Notes: generated by a model not told the origin, from the letters alone. A stretch of DNA of 47,235 nt from an uncultured Geminicoccaceae bacterium (GCA_964502115.1 CAZCVH010000001.1:1-47235), one strand, 5' to 3'. Shown: positions 1 through 8,699, numbered from the stretch's first letter. Numbers and translations are program-made.

Positions 1-45
1 GATCGTTTCACGTGACTGGAGTTCAGACGTGTGCTCTTCCGATCT
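1..45. other. Illumina TruSeq indexed (P7-side) adapter remnant; not biological sequence
   Basis: nt 12-45 read exactly GTGACTGGAGTTCAGACGTGTGCTCTTCCGATCT. They are preceded by 8 nt CGTTTCAC in the index position (reverse complement GTGAAACG) and by GAT, the end of the ...CGAGAT P7 segment. Confidence 0.95.
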
Positions 46-249
46 GCCCTGGCCGCGGCGCTCACGGCGACGGCGGTCGCGCCCGCCCGCGACCTCGCCG
101 CCGCGGTCGCCGAGGCCAAAGCGATCACGCCCGCGGCAGGCGTCGTGCTGCTGTCGCCGGCGGCGCCGTCCTACGGCCGTTTCCGCGACTTCGAGGAGCG
201 CGGCGACCGCTTCGCCGAGTTGGCGGGTTTTGCGCGCGCTCAGACGTGA
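46..249 (+). CDS. Mur-ligase family protein, C-terminal fragment (MurD-like); 5' end lost at the contig/adapter junction
   Basis: The frame of ORF 31..249 after the adapter reads ...AGVVLLSPAAPSYGRFRDFEERGDRFAELA*. This matches the conserved MurD C-terminal pattern (VLLSPAcaSfDqFknfEeRG). Only 67 codons are present. Confidence 0.5.
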   Translation, partial: ALAAALTATAVAPARDLAAAVAEAKAITPAAGVVLLSPAAPSYGRFRDFEERGDRFAELAGFARAQT

Positions 250-2270
250 TCGCGCGGGATGCGCTCGTCCCAGCTCCGGCAGAACACCCGGCTCTCGCCC
301 TCCCAGGCGTCGAGCTCGGCGCGCAGGCGGAAGTCGCTGGCGGTCGAGGTCAAGAGCGTGCGGGTGCAGGTCCGGATCGCCCAGTCGCCGCGGGTGAAGT
401 TGCGCACCGTGCGGGTCTCGCCGCAGGCGGAGGTGAAGTCGTCGCCGACCGAGCGGTACCATTCGCGCGTGCTGAGCTCGACGGCGAGGTCGATCTCGGG
501 GATGTCGAAGATGCCGTGGTCGTTGATGACCTCGAGCGTCGAGGCGTCGGCGGCGAGATCGCGGTGCACCAGCCAGTTGTGATCGCTCGGCGTGCGCGGA
601 ACACGGCGCTCGGGCGGCGTCCCCGCGGCCACCTCGAACGGCTCGAGCGCGGCGTCCTCGGCGCGCGCGGGGCGCGCCGGCAGGTGCAGCCGCGCCTCGC
701 GGGTGGCGAGCGACAGCCGGGTCGGCGCCGGCGGCGGCCAGGCCAGTGGCCAGTACGACGAGGACACCGCCAGCCGTAGCCGGTGGCCGGCGGCGAAGGT
801 CTGCGCGATGTCGTTGAGCCGCACCCGCACGCGGTAGAACCGGCCCGGCTCCAGGCGCTCGGGATAGCGCGGACCGTCACGGTGGGTGAGGTTCAACAAA
901 CCGTAGGTCACCCGCGTCGCCTTGCCGTCGGGGGCGAGGTCGGAGAGGCGCACCGCGATCATCGCGATCGGTTGCGAGGCGGCGACGTCGAGCTCGAGCT
1001 CCGGCGCGCCCAGGATCTCGAGATCCTGGGCCAGCGGCTCGCCGTCGAAGACCAGCGCACCACCGTCCTCCTGGCGCTGGTCGTGGGCGAGATCGGGTCC
1101 GGCGGCGTAGGAGCACCACTTGCCCGCGAACAGCCCGACGGTGAGCGGGGACTGCACCGTCAACACCTCGTCGCCGTCGCCCTCGCCGGCGCGCACCAGC
1201 CGGCCGGTCGCGAGCCCCAGGCTTTCGGTGCGCAGCCGCGGCGACGGCCAGCTGGTCTCGGCGACCCAGCGCCCGGGGCGGTGGACGTAGCGTGCCGTCG
1301 GCGGCGCGCTCGCCTGCATCCACACCCGCAGCATCGGGTCGTTCTCGACGCCGTTGGGGACGCCTTTGAGCCAGCGGTCCCACCAGCGCAGGCACTCCTG
1401 CAGGAACCCGATGGCGGGACCGGGAACACCGAGATGGGGGTATTTGTGGCCCCACGGCCCGACCAGCCCGCGCCGCGGCACGTCGAGGTTGGCGAGCAGG
1501 CGAAAGACGGCGTTGGAGTAGCCGTCGGCCCAGCCGCTCACCGCCATCACCGGACAGCGCACCGCGCCGTAGTCCTCGCAGATCGAGCCGTGACGCCAAT
1601 AGGCGTCGCGGCGCTGGTGCCTGAGCCAGGTGCCGAGCCAGAGCCCGCTGCCCTCCAGCCGCTCGCGCCACATCGCGCGCCAGCGCTCACCCACGACCTC
1701 GGGGTCCGGCGGCAGGGCGTTGTAGGCGAACATCACCGACGCCCAGGAGAGATTGTCGCCCAGAAGGCAGCCGCCCATGTGGTGGACGTCGTCGGCGTAG
1801 CGGTCGTCGCTCGCGCAGACGGTGACGACGGCGCCGAGCGCTTCGGGCCGCATCGCCGCGATCTGCAGCCCGTTGAAGCCGCCCCAGGAGATGCCGATCA
1901 TCCCGACCCGGCCGGTGCACCAGGGCTGCGCCGCGAGCCAGCGGATGACGGCGACGCCGTCGTCGAGCTCCTGTTGGAGGTACTCGTCTTCGAGCACGCC
2001 GTCGCTGTCGCCCGAGCCCCTCAGATCGACGCGCAGACAGGCGTAGCCGTGGCCGGCGACGTAGGGGTGCATGGTCGAATCGCGCTCGCGGGTGACGTCG
2101 CGGCGGCGATAGGGGATGTATTCGAGGATCGCCGGCACCGGCCGGTCGTCGGCATCCTCCGGCAGCCACAGCCGGGCCGCCAGCCGGGCGCCGTCGGGCA
2201 GCGGGATCCACACGGTCTCGAAGCTGCGCACCCGTCGCGGCAGCTCGGTCCGGACCGCCGGCAGGTTCAC
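240..2270 (-). CDS. CocE/NonD family hydrolase (peptidase S15 / X-Pro dipeptidyl-peptidase-like)
   Basis: 676-aa ORF. The N-terminal alpha/beta-hydrolase region reads PVPAILEYIPYRRRD...RVDLRGSGDSDG, with a nucleophile elbow GISWGG. A long C-terminal beta-sandwich region is typical of the family. Confidence 0.9.
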   Translation of the reverse strand: MNLPAVRTELPRRVRSFETVWIPLPDGARLAARLWLPEDADDRPVPAILEYIPYRRRDVTRERDSTMHPYVAGHGYACLRVDLRGSGDSDGVLEDEYLQQELDDGVAVIRWLAAQPWCTGRVGMIGISWGGFNGLQIAAMRPEALGAVVTVCASDDRYADDVHHMGGCLLGDNLSWASVMFAYNALPPDPEVVGERWRAMWRERLEGSGLWLGTWLRHQRRDAYWRHGSICEDYGAVRCPVMAVSGWADGYSNAVFRLLANLDVPRRGLVGPWGHKYPHLGVPGPAIGFLQECLRWWDRWLKGVPNGVENDPMLRVWMQASAPPTARYVHRPGRWVAETSWPSPRLRTESLGLATGRLVRAGEGDGDEVLTVQSPLTVGLFAGKWCSYAAGPDLAHDQRQEDGGALVFDGEPLAQDLEILGAPELELDVAASQPIAMIAVRLSDLAPDGKATRVTYGLLNLTHRDGPRYPERLEPGRFYRVRVRLNDIAQTFAAGHRLRLAVSSSYWPLAWPPPAPTRLSLATREARLHLPARPARAEDAALEPFEVAAGTPPERRVPRTPSDHNWLVHRDLAADASTLEVINDHGIFDIPEIDLAVELSTREWYRSVGDDFTSACGETRTVRNFTRGDWAIRTCTRTLLTSTASDFRLRAELDAWEGESRVFCRSWDERIPRDHV

Positions 2271-3565
2271 ACCCGGGCTCCGTCGATCTGGACGTCCAGG
2301 GCGGCGCGGCAGCGCCGGTAGTTCTCCATGAGGTCGGCGCGGCGGTCCGCCCCCATGAAGATCGTCGCCAGCTCGTAGGAATAGCTGTCGCGGTGACGGA
2401 TGTCGCCGAGCCGCTCACCTTCGACCAGGTGCATCTGGATGTCGGTGCCGGGAAAGCGCGCCTCCAGCTCGTCGAGCTCGGCGCGCACCGGCACGCGGGT
2501 CACGATCGAGTCGTCGCGCTCGCCGTAGAGCCGCGGCATGAACTTGGCGGCGTAGCGAAAGCGGCCATCGGCCGGCGGGTAGTCCGGGCGCTCGCCGAGC
2601 GCCACGTCGAGCATGACTTCACTGTTGGACACACCGGTGACCTTTTCGAACAACGGGCTGTGAGACTTCGATATGCGGACGTTGAGCTCCAACAGCCAGA
2701 GCCGATCGCGCTCCCGATCGACGAAGAATTCGATGTTGAAGGGGGTGTCGTCGAGGCCGGTGCGCTCCGCCATCCGCTTGGCGATCTCGCCCATGTCGGC
2801 GGCGACCGCGGCGGGGACGTCGGCGGGGTACTCGTAGCGCTCGAAGCTGGATCGGTTGCGGCCGCGCACCGAGCCGACGATGCCGTAGATCTCGGCGCTG
2901 CCGCCCTGGACGAAGCCTTCGACCGTGTACTGCCGGCCGTGCGAGACGATCGCCTCGGCGATGCACAGATGCGGCGGGGCGTCGGCGACCGCCGGCGGCA
3001 GCTCGGCGCGGCGGAGAAACAGCGCGAGGGGGTCGGCGAAGAGATGGACGTCGCGCCGGAGCTGGGCGACGGCGTCGGCCAGATCGGCGGCGTCCTCGAT
3101 GCGAAAGCCCAAGAGCGAGGAGTGGCTCTTCACCGGCTTGAGCCAGAACGGGTAGGGCAACGGTGGCAGGCGGCCGGCGCCGGCGCCGAACGGGTCGAAG
3201 GGGGCGAAGGCCGGCACCACCTCCGGATCGATCCGACGCTGCTCGATCCGCGCCCAGTATTTGTGCTCCGAGCGCATCACCGCCTCGAGCGACGGTCCGC
3301 GCAGGCCGCGGTCCGCGCGCAGCACCGCCACCAGCATCTGGGTGGGGAAATCCCAATAGCCCACCACCGCGTCGATGGTGCCGTCGAAGCGGTCGAGCGC
3401 GGCATGGGCGTCGTGGAGCATGGCCGGGACGTCGAACGGCCCGAGCCCGGCGACGTCGCGCACGTCGAGCAGGCCGTGGAAACGGTAGTCGTCGGCTCCG
3501 CGCACGCGCTCCAACAGCCGCTGATTGAACGGCTCCAGGCCCACAACGAAGATGTTCCTCACCAT
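2267..3565 (-). CDS. ATP-grasp domain protein (amide-bond ligase-like, specificity unknown)
   Basis: The ORF 2267..3634 has an ATP-grasp-like core (FWLKPVKSHSS..., TVEGFV..., NIEFFVDRERDRLWLLELNVRISKSH). Its stop overlaps the CocE/NonD start (ATGA at 2267-2270). The start is ambiguous: ATG 3565 (MVRNIFVVGLEP) is preferred; TTG 3634 or ATG 3622 are possible. Confidence 0.85.
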   Translation of the reverse strand: MVRNIFVVGLEPFNQRLLERVRGADDYRFHGLLDVRDVAGLGPFDVPAMLHDAHAALDRFDGTIDAVVGYWDFPTQMLVAVLRADRGLRGPSLEAVMRSEHKYWARIEQRRIDPEVVPAFAPFDPFGAGAGRLPPLPYPFWLKPVKSHSSLLGFRIEDAADLADAVAQLRRDVHLFADPLALFLRRAELPPAVADAPPHLCIAEAIVSHGRQYTVEGFVQGGSAEIYGIVGSVRGRNRSSFERYEYPADVPAAVAADMGEIAKRMAERTGLDDTPFNIEFFVDRERDRLWLLELNVRISKSHSPLFEKVTGVSNSEVMLDVALGERPDYPPADGRFRYAAKFMPRLYGERDDSIVTRVPVRAELDELEARFPGTDIQMHLVEGERLGDIRHRDSYSYELATIFMGADRRADLMENYRRCRAALDVQIDGARV

Positions 3566-3656
3566 CTCGACGTCCGCTCGCGAAGCCTCGGCAGTGAACG
3601 CCGAGCGGCCGCCCCCCGCCATGTCCGAGATCAAGCCGCCGGTCGGCGCGGCGCCC

Positions 3657-4082
3657 TCACTCGGCCAGCCGGGAGTCCAACGTGATCGCCGCGGTCAGCG
3701 CCTTGGAGACCGGACAGCCCGACTTGGCCGTCTCGGCGGCTTTGGCGAAGGCGCCGGCGTCGACGCCGGGAACCTCGGCGCGCACCGTCAGATGGGAGTT
3801 GGTGATGGCGAAGCCGCCCTCCTGGCCCTCGAGGCCGAGCCGGGCCTCGGCGTCGATGCGCTCGGGCGTGAAGCCCTGCTCGCCCAGGATCATCGCCAGC
3901 GCCATGGCGTAGCACCCGGCGTGGGCAGCGGCGACGAGTTCCTCGCGATTGGTGCCGGCCGCGCCCTCGAAGCGGGTCTCGAACGAATAGGGCGCCGCCG
4001 TCAGCACGCCGCTCGCCGCGTCGAGCTCGCTTTTGCCGACCGTGAGGCCGCCCCGCCAGACCGCCGTCGCCGTGCCGTCCAT
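3657..4082 (-). CDS. osmC: OsmC family peroxiredoxin
   Basis: The 141-aa product MDGTATAVWRGG...YSFETRFEG..GTNREELVAAAHAGCYAMAL...AKSGCPVSKAL aligns by eye to E. coli OsmC, including both conserved Cys. GAGGA lies 7 nt upstream of the ATG at 4082. The longer track ORF (to 4328) is an upstream extension. Confidence 0.9.
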   Translation of the reverse strand: MDGTATAVWRGGLTVGKSELDAASGVLTAAPYSFETRFEGAAGTNREELVAAAHAGCYAMALAMILGEQGFTPERIDAEARLGLEGQEGGFAITNSHLTVRAEVPGVDAGAFAKAAETAKSGCPVSKALTAAITLDSRLAE

Positions 4083-4457
4083 CGTCGCATCCTCACGTGT
4101 CGTCGTCATCGCGTCGTCAACGCGTCGCGTCGTCGGCGGTTGCCGCCGCACGAGGTGATCCGCCGCCGGCGTCGCCAGCGCCCGCGCCACACCCCGGGGG
4201 AAGCGCACGTCACCGAGCATTGCGCCCTCGATGAAACCTTGCAGATAGGTCCGCGGCCGCTGGACGGACGGCCGTGCCGGCAGCGGGTTCGACTTGACGT
4301 GGTTCTCGACACCCTCGCGTGTCTCCATCCCCGGCGCGCCTTCCGGGCGGCGTCGCCTGGATCACGCGGCGGTGTGCGCTCGCGACGACAACGGGCGGCC
4401 GAAGGGCGCGTCGCCCGGGCGTTGAACGGCGTGGCGGCTCGTGCCAAGTCTCGGCGC

Positions 4458-6347
4458 ATGGACGAATTCGCCGCCGCCCCGGGCGAAGCGGGCACGACCG
4501 CGGAGCTCGCCGGCGCCCAATTGGTCGCCGCCAAGGTCAAGACGCTGCCGCATCAGCCGGGCGTCTACCGGATGCTCGGCGCCAAGGGTGACGTGCTCTA
4601 CGTCGGCAAGGCCAAGGACCTGAAGAAGCGGGTGGCCGCCTACGCCAAGGGCCAGGGCCACACCCAGCGCATCGCGCGAATGATCGCGCTCACCCGCGAG
4701 ATGGAGTTCGTCACCACGGCGAGCGAGGTCGAGGCGCTCTTGCTCGAGGCCAACCTCATCAAGCGGCTGCGCCCGGTCTTCAACATCGTCCTGCGCGACG
4801 ACAAGTCGTTTCCCTACATCTTCCTGCGCACCGACCACCCCTTCCCGCAGATCGGCAAGCACCGGGGCTCCAAGCGCGACGACACCGAGTATTTCGGCCC
4901 GTTCGCGTCGGCGGGCGCGGTCAACCAGACCTTGAACGCGCTGTTGCGGGCGTTTCCGATGCGCAACTGCACCGACGCCTTTTTCGAGAGCCGGACGCGG
5001 CCCTGTCTGCAATACCAGATCAAGCGCTGCACGGCGCCCTGCGTCGGCCGCATCGACGCGGCGAGCTACAACCGCACGGTGGACGAGGTCCGCACCTTCC
5101 TCAATGGCCGCTCCTACGAGATTCAGGAGCGGCTCAAGCGGGAGATGGCGGCGGCCGCCGACCAGCTCGATTTCGAGCGCGCGGCCATGCTGCGCGACCG
5201 CTTGAAGGCGCTCGCCCACATCCAGTCGGCGCAGGGTATCAACACCCGCGCGGTGAGCGACGCCGACGTCGTGGCGCTGCACGCCGAGGGCGGCCAGCTC
5301 TGCGTCCAGGTCTTCTTCTATCGGGGCGGGCGCAACTACGGCAACAAGGCGTACTACCCGAGCGCCGGCCAGGGCGCCGAGAGCGGCGAGGCGCTGGAGA
5401 CCTTCTGCGCGCAGTTCTACAGCGAGCGTACGCCGCCGCGGCTGGTGCTGCTGTCGGAGGCCACACCTCAGCAGGACGTTCTGGAGGAGGCGCTCACCAG
5501 CCGCGCCGAGCGGCGGGTCAGGGTGCTGGTGCCGCAGCGCGGAGCCAAGCGCGAGCTCGTCGACCACGCCCGCACGAACGCCGAGCAGGCCCTCGCCCGC
5601 CGCCTGGCCGAAGGCTCGGCGCAGCGCCGCCAGCTCGACACGCTCGGCGAGACGCTGGAGCTGGCGGAGCCACCCAAGCGCGTCGAGGTCTACGACAACA
5701 GCCACATCCAGGGCCGCCACGCCGCCGGCGTGTTCGTCGTCGCCGGCCCGGAGGGCTTCGAGCGCCAAGCCTACCGTACCTTCAACATCAAGGACGCGAC
5801 GACCGTGCCGGGCGACGACTTCGCGATGATGCGCGAGGTGTTTCGACGGCGCTTTCAGCGGCTGGTGAAGGAGGACCCGGAGCGGCAGAGCGGGGTCTGG
5901 CCCGACCTCGTGCTCGTCGACGGCGGCCAGGGCCAGCTCTCGGCGGTGGCCGGTGTCCTGAACGAGCTCGGCATCCGCGACGTGCCGCTGGTCGCCGTCG
6001 CCAAGGGACCCGACCGCCATGCCGGCCGCGAGGTGCTGCACCGCCTCGACGCCGCGCCGCTCGAGCTCGGCGAGCGCGATCCGCTGCTCTACTTCATCCA
6101 GCGCCTGCGCGACGAGGCCCACCGCTTCGCCGTCTCGACCCACCGCAACAAGCGCGGCAAGGCGATGAAGACCTCGCCGCTCGACTCGATCGCCGGCATC
6201 GGCGGCAAGCGCAAGAAGGCGCTGTTGACCCATTTCGGCTCGGCGCGCCGGGTCGAGGAGGCGGGCCTCAAGGACCTCGAGCAGGTGCCCGGCATCAGCC
6301 GCCAGGTGGCGCGGCAGATCTACGACCACTTTCACGAGCAGGGCTGA
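4458..6347 (+). CDS. uvrC: Excinuclease ABC subunit C
   Basis: GIY-YIG N-terminus (GVYRMLGAKGDVLYVGKAKDLKKRV), a UvrB-interacting region, and a C-terminal HhH (GIGGKRKKALLTHFGS). The start ATG 4458 is in frame with track ORF 3525..6347, whose upstream part overlaps osmC antisense. Confidence 0.95.
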   Translation: MDEFAAAPGEAGTTAELAGAQLVAAKVKTLPHQPGVYRMLGAKGDVLYVGKAKDLKKRVAAYAKGQGHTQRIARMIALTREMEFVTTASEVEALLLEANLIKRLRPVFNIVLRDDKSFPYIFLRTDHPFPQIGKHRGSKRDDTEYFGPFASAGAVNQTLNALLRAFPMRNCTDAFFESRTRPCLQYQIKRCTAPCVGRIDAASYNRTVDEVRTFLNGRSYEIQERLKREMAAAADQLDFERAAMLRDRLKALAHIQSAQGINTRAVSDADVVALHAEGGQLCVQVFFYRGGRNYGNKAYYPSAGQGAESGEALETFCAQFYSERTPPRLVLLSEATPQQDVLEEALTSRAERRVRVLVPQRGAKRELVDHARTNAEQALARRLAEGSAQRRQLDTLGETLELAEPPKRVEVYDNSHIQGRHAAGVFVVAGPEGFERQAYRTFNIKDATTVPGDDFAMMREVFRRRFQRLVKEDPERQSGVWPDLVLVDGGQGQLSAVAGVLNELGIRDVPLVAVAKGPDRHAGREVLHRLDAAPLELGERDPLLYFIQRLRDEAHRFAVSTHRNKRGKAMKTSPLDSIAGIGGKRKKALLTHFGSARRVEEAGLKDLEQVPGISRQVARQIYDHFHEQG

Positions 6348-6350
6348 GCG

Positions 6351-6902
6351 ATGGTCATCACGTTGCCGACATGGCTCACCCTGTCGCGCATCGCGGCGCT
6401 GGTGCCGCTGGCGCTGCTGCTCTGGGTGGACGATCCCCGCGCCAGCGTCGCCGCGCTGGTGCTCTTTCTCGCCGCGGCGGCGACGGACTGGCTCGACGGC
6501 CGGCTCGCCCGCGCCCGCGGCGAGGTCTCCGCCCTCGGGCGCTGCCTCGATCCGATCGCCGACAAGCTGCTGGTCGCGACGCTGCTGGTCATGCTGCTCG
6601 CCGCCGGCGAGGCCCCGCTCGTGCCGGTGCTGGTGATCTTGTTGCGCGAGCTCACGATCTCCGGCCTGCGCGAGGCGCTCGCCGGCACGGGGCCGTCGCT
6701 GCCGGTGACGCTGCTGGCCAAATGGAAGACGACGGTGCAGATGGTCGCGCTGGCCGTGCTGGTCGTCGGCGACCACGTGCCGGGCGGAGCCGCCGCGGGC
6801 GCCGCGCTGTTGTGGCTGGCGGCGGCGCTCACCGCGCTCACCGGCGCGCAGTACGTCAAGACCGCCCTCGGCCAGCTGGCCGATCAACCCGTCAAGGTGT
6901 GA
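6351..6902 (+). CDS. pgsA: CDP-diacylglycerol--glycerol-3-phosphate 3-phosphatidyltransferase
   Basis: CDP-alcohol phosphatidyltransferase signature DWLDGRLARARGEVSALGRCLDPIADK. The protein is multi-TM and 183 aa. It sits in conserved synteny after uvrC. Confidence 0.9.
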   Translation: MVITLPTWLTLSRIAALVPLALLLWVDDPRASVAALVLFLAAAATDWLDGRLARARGEVSALGRCLDPIADKLLVATLLVMLLAAGEAPLVPVLVILLRELTISGLREALAGTGPSLPVTLLAKWKTTVQMVALAVLVVGDHVPGGAAAGAALLWLAAALTALTGAQYVKTALGQLADQPVKV

Positions 6903-6905
6903 GCG

Positions 6906-7160
6906 ATGCGCATCCTCTATTTCGCCTGGCTGCGCCACCGCGTCGGCACCGCGAGCGAGGAAATCGAGCTTCCCGCCGAGGTCACCACCGTGGGGGCTCT
7001 CGGCGACTGGCTCGCCGAGCGCTCGCCGGGCTTCAAGGAGGCTTGGCAGGCGCCGGGTGTCGTCCGCGTCGCGGTCAACCACACCCATGTCACCGACGCC
7101 GCGATCCCGGTACGGCCGGGCGACGAGGTCGCCTTCTTCCCGCCGGTGACGGGCGGATGA
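6906..7160 (+). CDS. moaD: Molybdopterin synthase sulfur carrier subunit
   Basis: 84 aa, ubiquitin-like, ending in ...FFPPVTGG (C-terminal Gly-Gly). It lies immediately upstream of moaE and overlaps it. Confidence 0.9.
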   Translation: MRILYFAWLRHRVGTASEEIELPAEVTTVGALGDWLAERSPGFKEAWQAPGVVRVAVNHTHVTDAAIPVRPGDEVAFFPPVTGG

Positions 7161-7609
7161 TCCGCGTCCAGCGCGCTCCCTTCGACGCCGGTGCCGAGAG
7201 CGCGGCGCTGACGGCGGGTCGCGACGACATCGGCGCGGTGGTCACCTTTCAGGGGATCGTGCGCAAAGGCGACGGTGACGAGGCGATCCGCGCGCTGACG
7301 CTGGAGCACTATCCGGGGATGACCGAGCGCGAGCTCGAGCGGATCGAAACCGAAGCGCAGGGCCGCTGGCCGTTGCAGGCGACGCTGGTGATCCACCGCT
7401 ACGGCCGCATGGAGCCGGGCGAGCCGATCGTGCTGGTCGTCTGCTGCGCGCGCCACCGCCGGGCCGCCTTCGAGGCCTGCGCCTTCTTGATGGACTGGCT
7501 CAAGACCCGGGCCCCGTTCTGGAAGCGCGAGGAGACCGCCGCGGGCGAGCGCTGGGTCGAGGCCAACGCGAGCGACGACGCCGCCGCCGCGCGCTGGAGC
7601 GAGGCATGA
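7157..7609 (+). CDS. moaE: Molybdopterin synthase catalytic subunit
   Basis: MIRVQRAPFDAG...GAVVTFQGIVR...LEHYPGMTE...APFWKRE. The ATG at 7157 overlaps the moaD stop (ATGA) and is in frame with track ORF 6371..7609. Confidence 0.9.
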   Translation: MIRVQRAPFDAGAESAALTAGRDDIGAVVTFQGIVRKGDGDEAIRALTLEHYPGMTERELERIETEAQGRWPLQATLVIHRYGRMEPGEPIVLVVCCARHRRAAFEACAFLMDWLKTRAPFWKREETAAGERWVEANASDDAAAARWSEA

Positions 7610-8699
7610 TGGATGCCGTTACCCGCCTCGACCTCGACACCCCGACGCTGGTCCTCGAGCTCGACGCGCTGGAGGTGAACATCGACGCGATGGCGGCCTT
7701 CGCCCGCGCGCGAAATCGAACTCCGCCCGCACGCCAAGACGCACAGATGCGCCGCCATCGGCCGGCGGCAGCTCGACGCCGGGGCGGTGGGTCTCTGCTG
7801 CGCCAAGCTCGGCGAGGCCGAGGCGCTCGCCGCCGAGGGTCTGGGCCCGCTGTTGATCACGAGCCCGCTCGTCGGGCCGCGCAAGCTTCACCGACTGGCG
7901 CAGATCGCGCTCGGGTCGCCGGGGCTCACGGTCGTCGTCGACGACGTGGCCGCCACCGAAGCCCTGGCGCTGGCCCTGGCGGCCGCAGGGCCGGTGATCG
8001 ACGTCCTGGTCGACCTCGACCCCGGCACGGCCCGCACCGGTGCGGCCACCACCGAAGCGGTGCTGGCGGTGGCCCGCGCGGTCGACGGGGCGCCCAACCT
8101 CCGCTTTCGCGGCGTGCAGTGCTACCCCGACACGATCCAGCACATCGCCGAGGCGCGCGGCGGCGGCGGCGGCGCGAGCGGTCTGGGCGCCGCTCATCCG
8201 GACCGTCGCAGCCCTCACGGCCGCCGAGCTGCCCTGCGAGATCGTGACGGGCAGCGGTACGGGCAGCTTTGCGCTCGACGCCATCGGCGGCCTGTTCAGC
8301 GACGTGCAGGTGGGCTCCTACGCCGTCATGGACGACGCGTACGCCGCCAACGAACCGCTCGTCGTCGACGAGCCGACCTTCACCCGCTCGGCGTTTCTCT
8401 CGACCCAGGTCGTGAGCGCCAACCACGAAGGCCACGCCACCATCGACGCGGGCTCGAAGAGCCTCTCCTTCGACGGGCCACTGCCGAGCGTGAAGGCGCC
8501 GGCCGGGCTCGCTTACGAGCGCGCCGGCGACGAGTCCGGTAAGGTGGTCGGCACGGCCGCGCCGAGCGTCGGGGAGCGGGTGGTGCTCGACCTGCCGCAC
8601 TGCGATCCGACCATCAACCTGCACGACGCCTTCGTCCGCGTGCGCGACGGCGTCGTCGGCGATCGCTGGCCCGTCACCGCCCGCGGCCGAGCCGACTGA
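7606..8699 (+). pseudogene. PLP-dependent D-threonine aldolase / D-serine dehydratase (DSD1)-like enzyme (alanine-racemase N-terminal fold), split over three reading frames
   Basis: Frame A (7606 onward) reads MMDAVTRLDLDTPTLVLELDALEVNIDAMAAFARA. Frame B reads EIELRPHAKTHRCAAIGRRQLDAGAVGLCCAKLGEAEAL...RFRGVQCYPDTIQHIAEA and contains the PLP-Lys motif. Frame C (ending 8699) reads WAPLIRTVAALTAAELPCEIVTGSGTGSF...LPHCDPTINLHD. The shifts fall near 7700-7720 (CGCGCGCG run) and 8150-8180 ((GGC)n run). Confidence 0.7.

Noticed and set aside
3525-4457. A 311-codon N-terminal extension of the uvrC ORF (the track ORF starts at 3525).
   Set aside because: The extension runs antisense through osmC and the intergenic region and has an Arg/Gly-rich composition. 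The UvrC GIY-YIG domain starts right after the ATG at 4458, which gives a normal-length protein.
6345-6908. An identical gene-junction string TGAGCGATG (stop-GCG-start) at uvrC/pgsA (6345-6353), pgsA/moaD (6900-6908) and lolA/C-N hydrolase (27169-27177). The first and third share the 13-mer GGGCTGAGCGATG.
   Set aside because: TGAGCG is simply the commonest stop context in this window. I also see it at the stops of CocE/NonD, gshA, the PduO-type adenosyltransferase, ppiB, the epimerase and the RND pump. The repeat therefore most likely reflects compositional and stop-context bias plus tight packing, not a specific element.
4362-7088. Very long antisense ORFs opposite real genes. Examples: 4362..7088 (-, 908 aa), 8775..10922 (+, 715 aa), 17083..19134 (-, 683 aa), 35500..38763 (-, 1087 aa), 40737..42371 (-, 544 aa), 45304..46752 (-, 482 aa).
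   Set aside because: Each lies exactly opposite a confidently identified gene (uvrC/pgsA, clpX/clpP, der, the RND pump, ABC-F, uvrA). Their products are Arg/Ala/Gly/Asp-rich low-complexity strings with no motifs. Stop-poor shadow frames are expected in a genome this GC-rich.
8153-8180. A possible CRISPR array or tandem repeat: the (GGC)n run, and other short GC-rich repeats across the window.
   Set aside because: These are only short simple-sequence runs inside coding DNA. Scanning the intergenic regions, I saw no 25-40-nt direct repeats with unique spacers.
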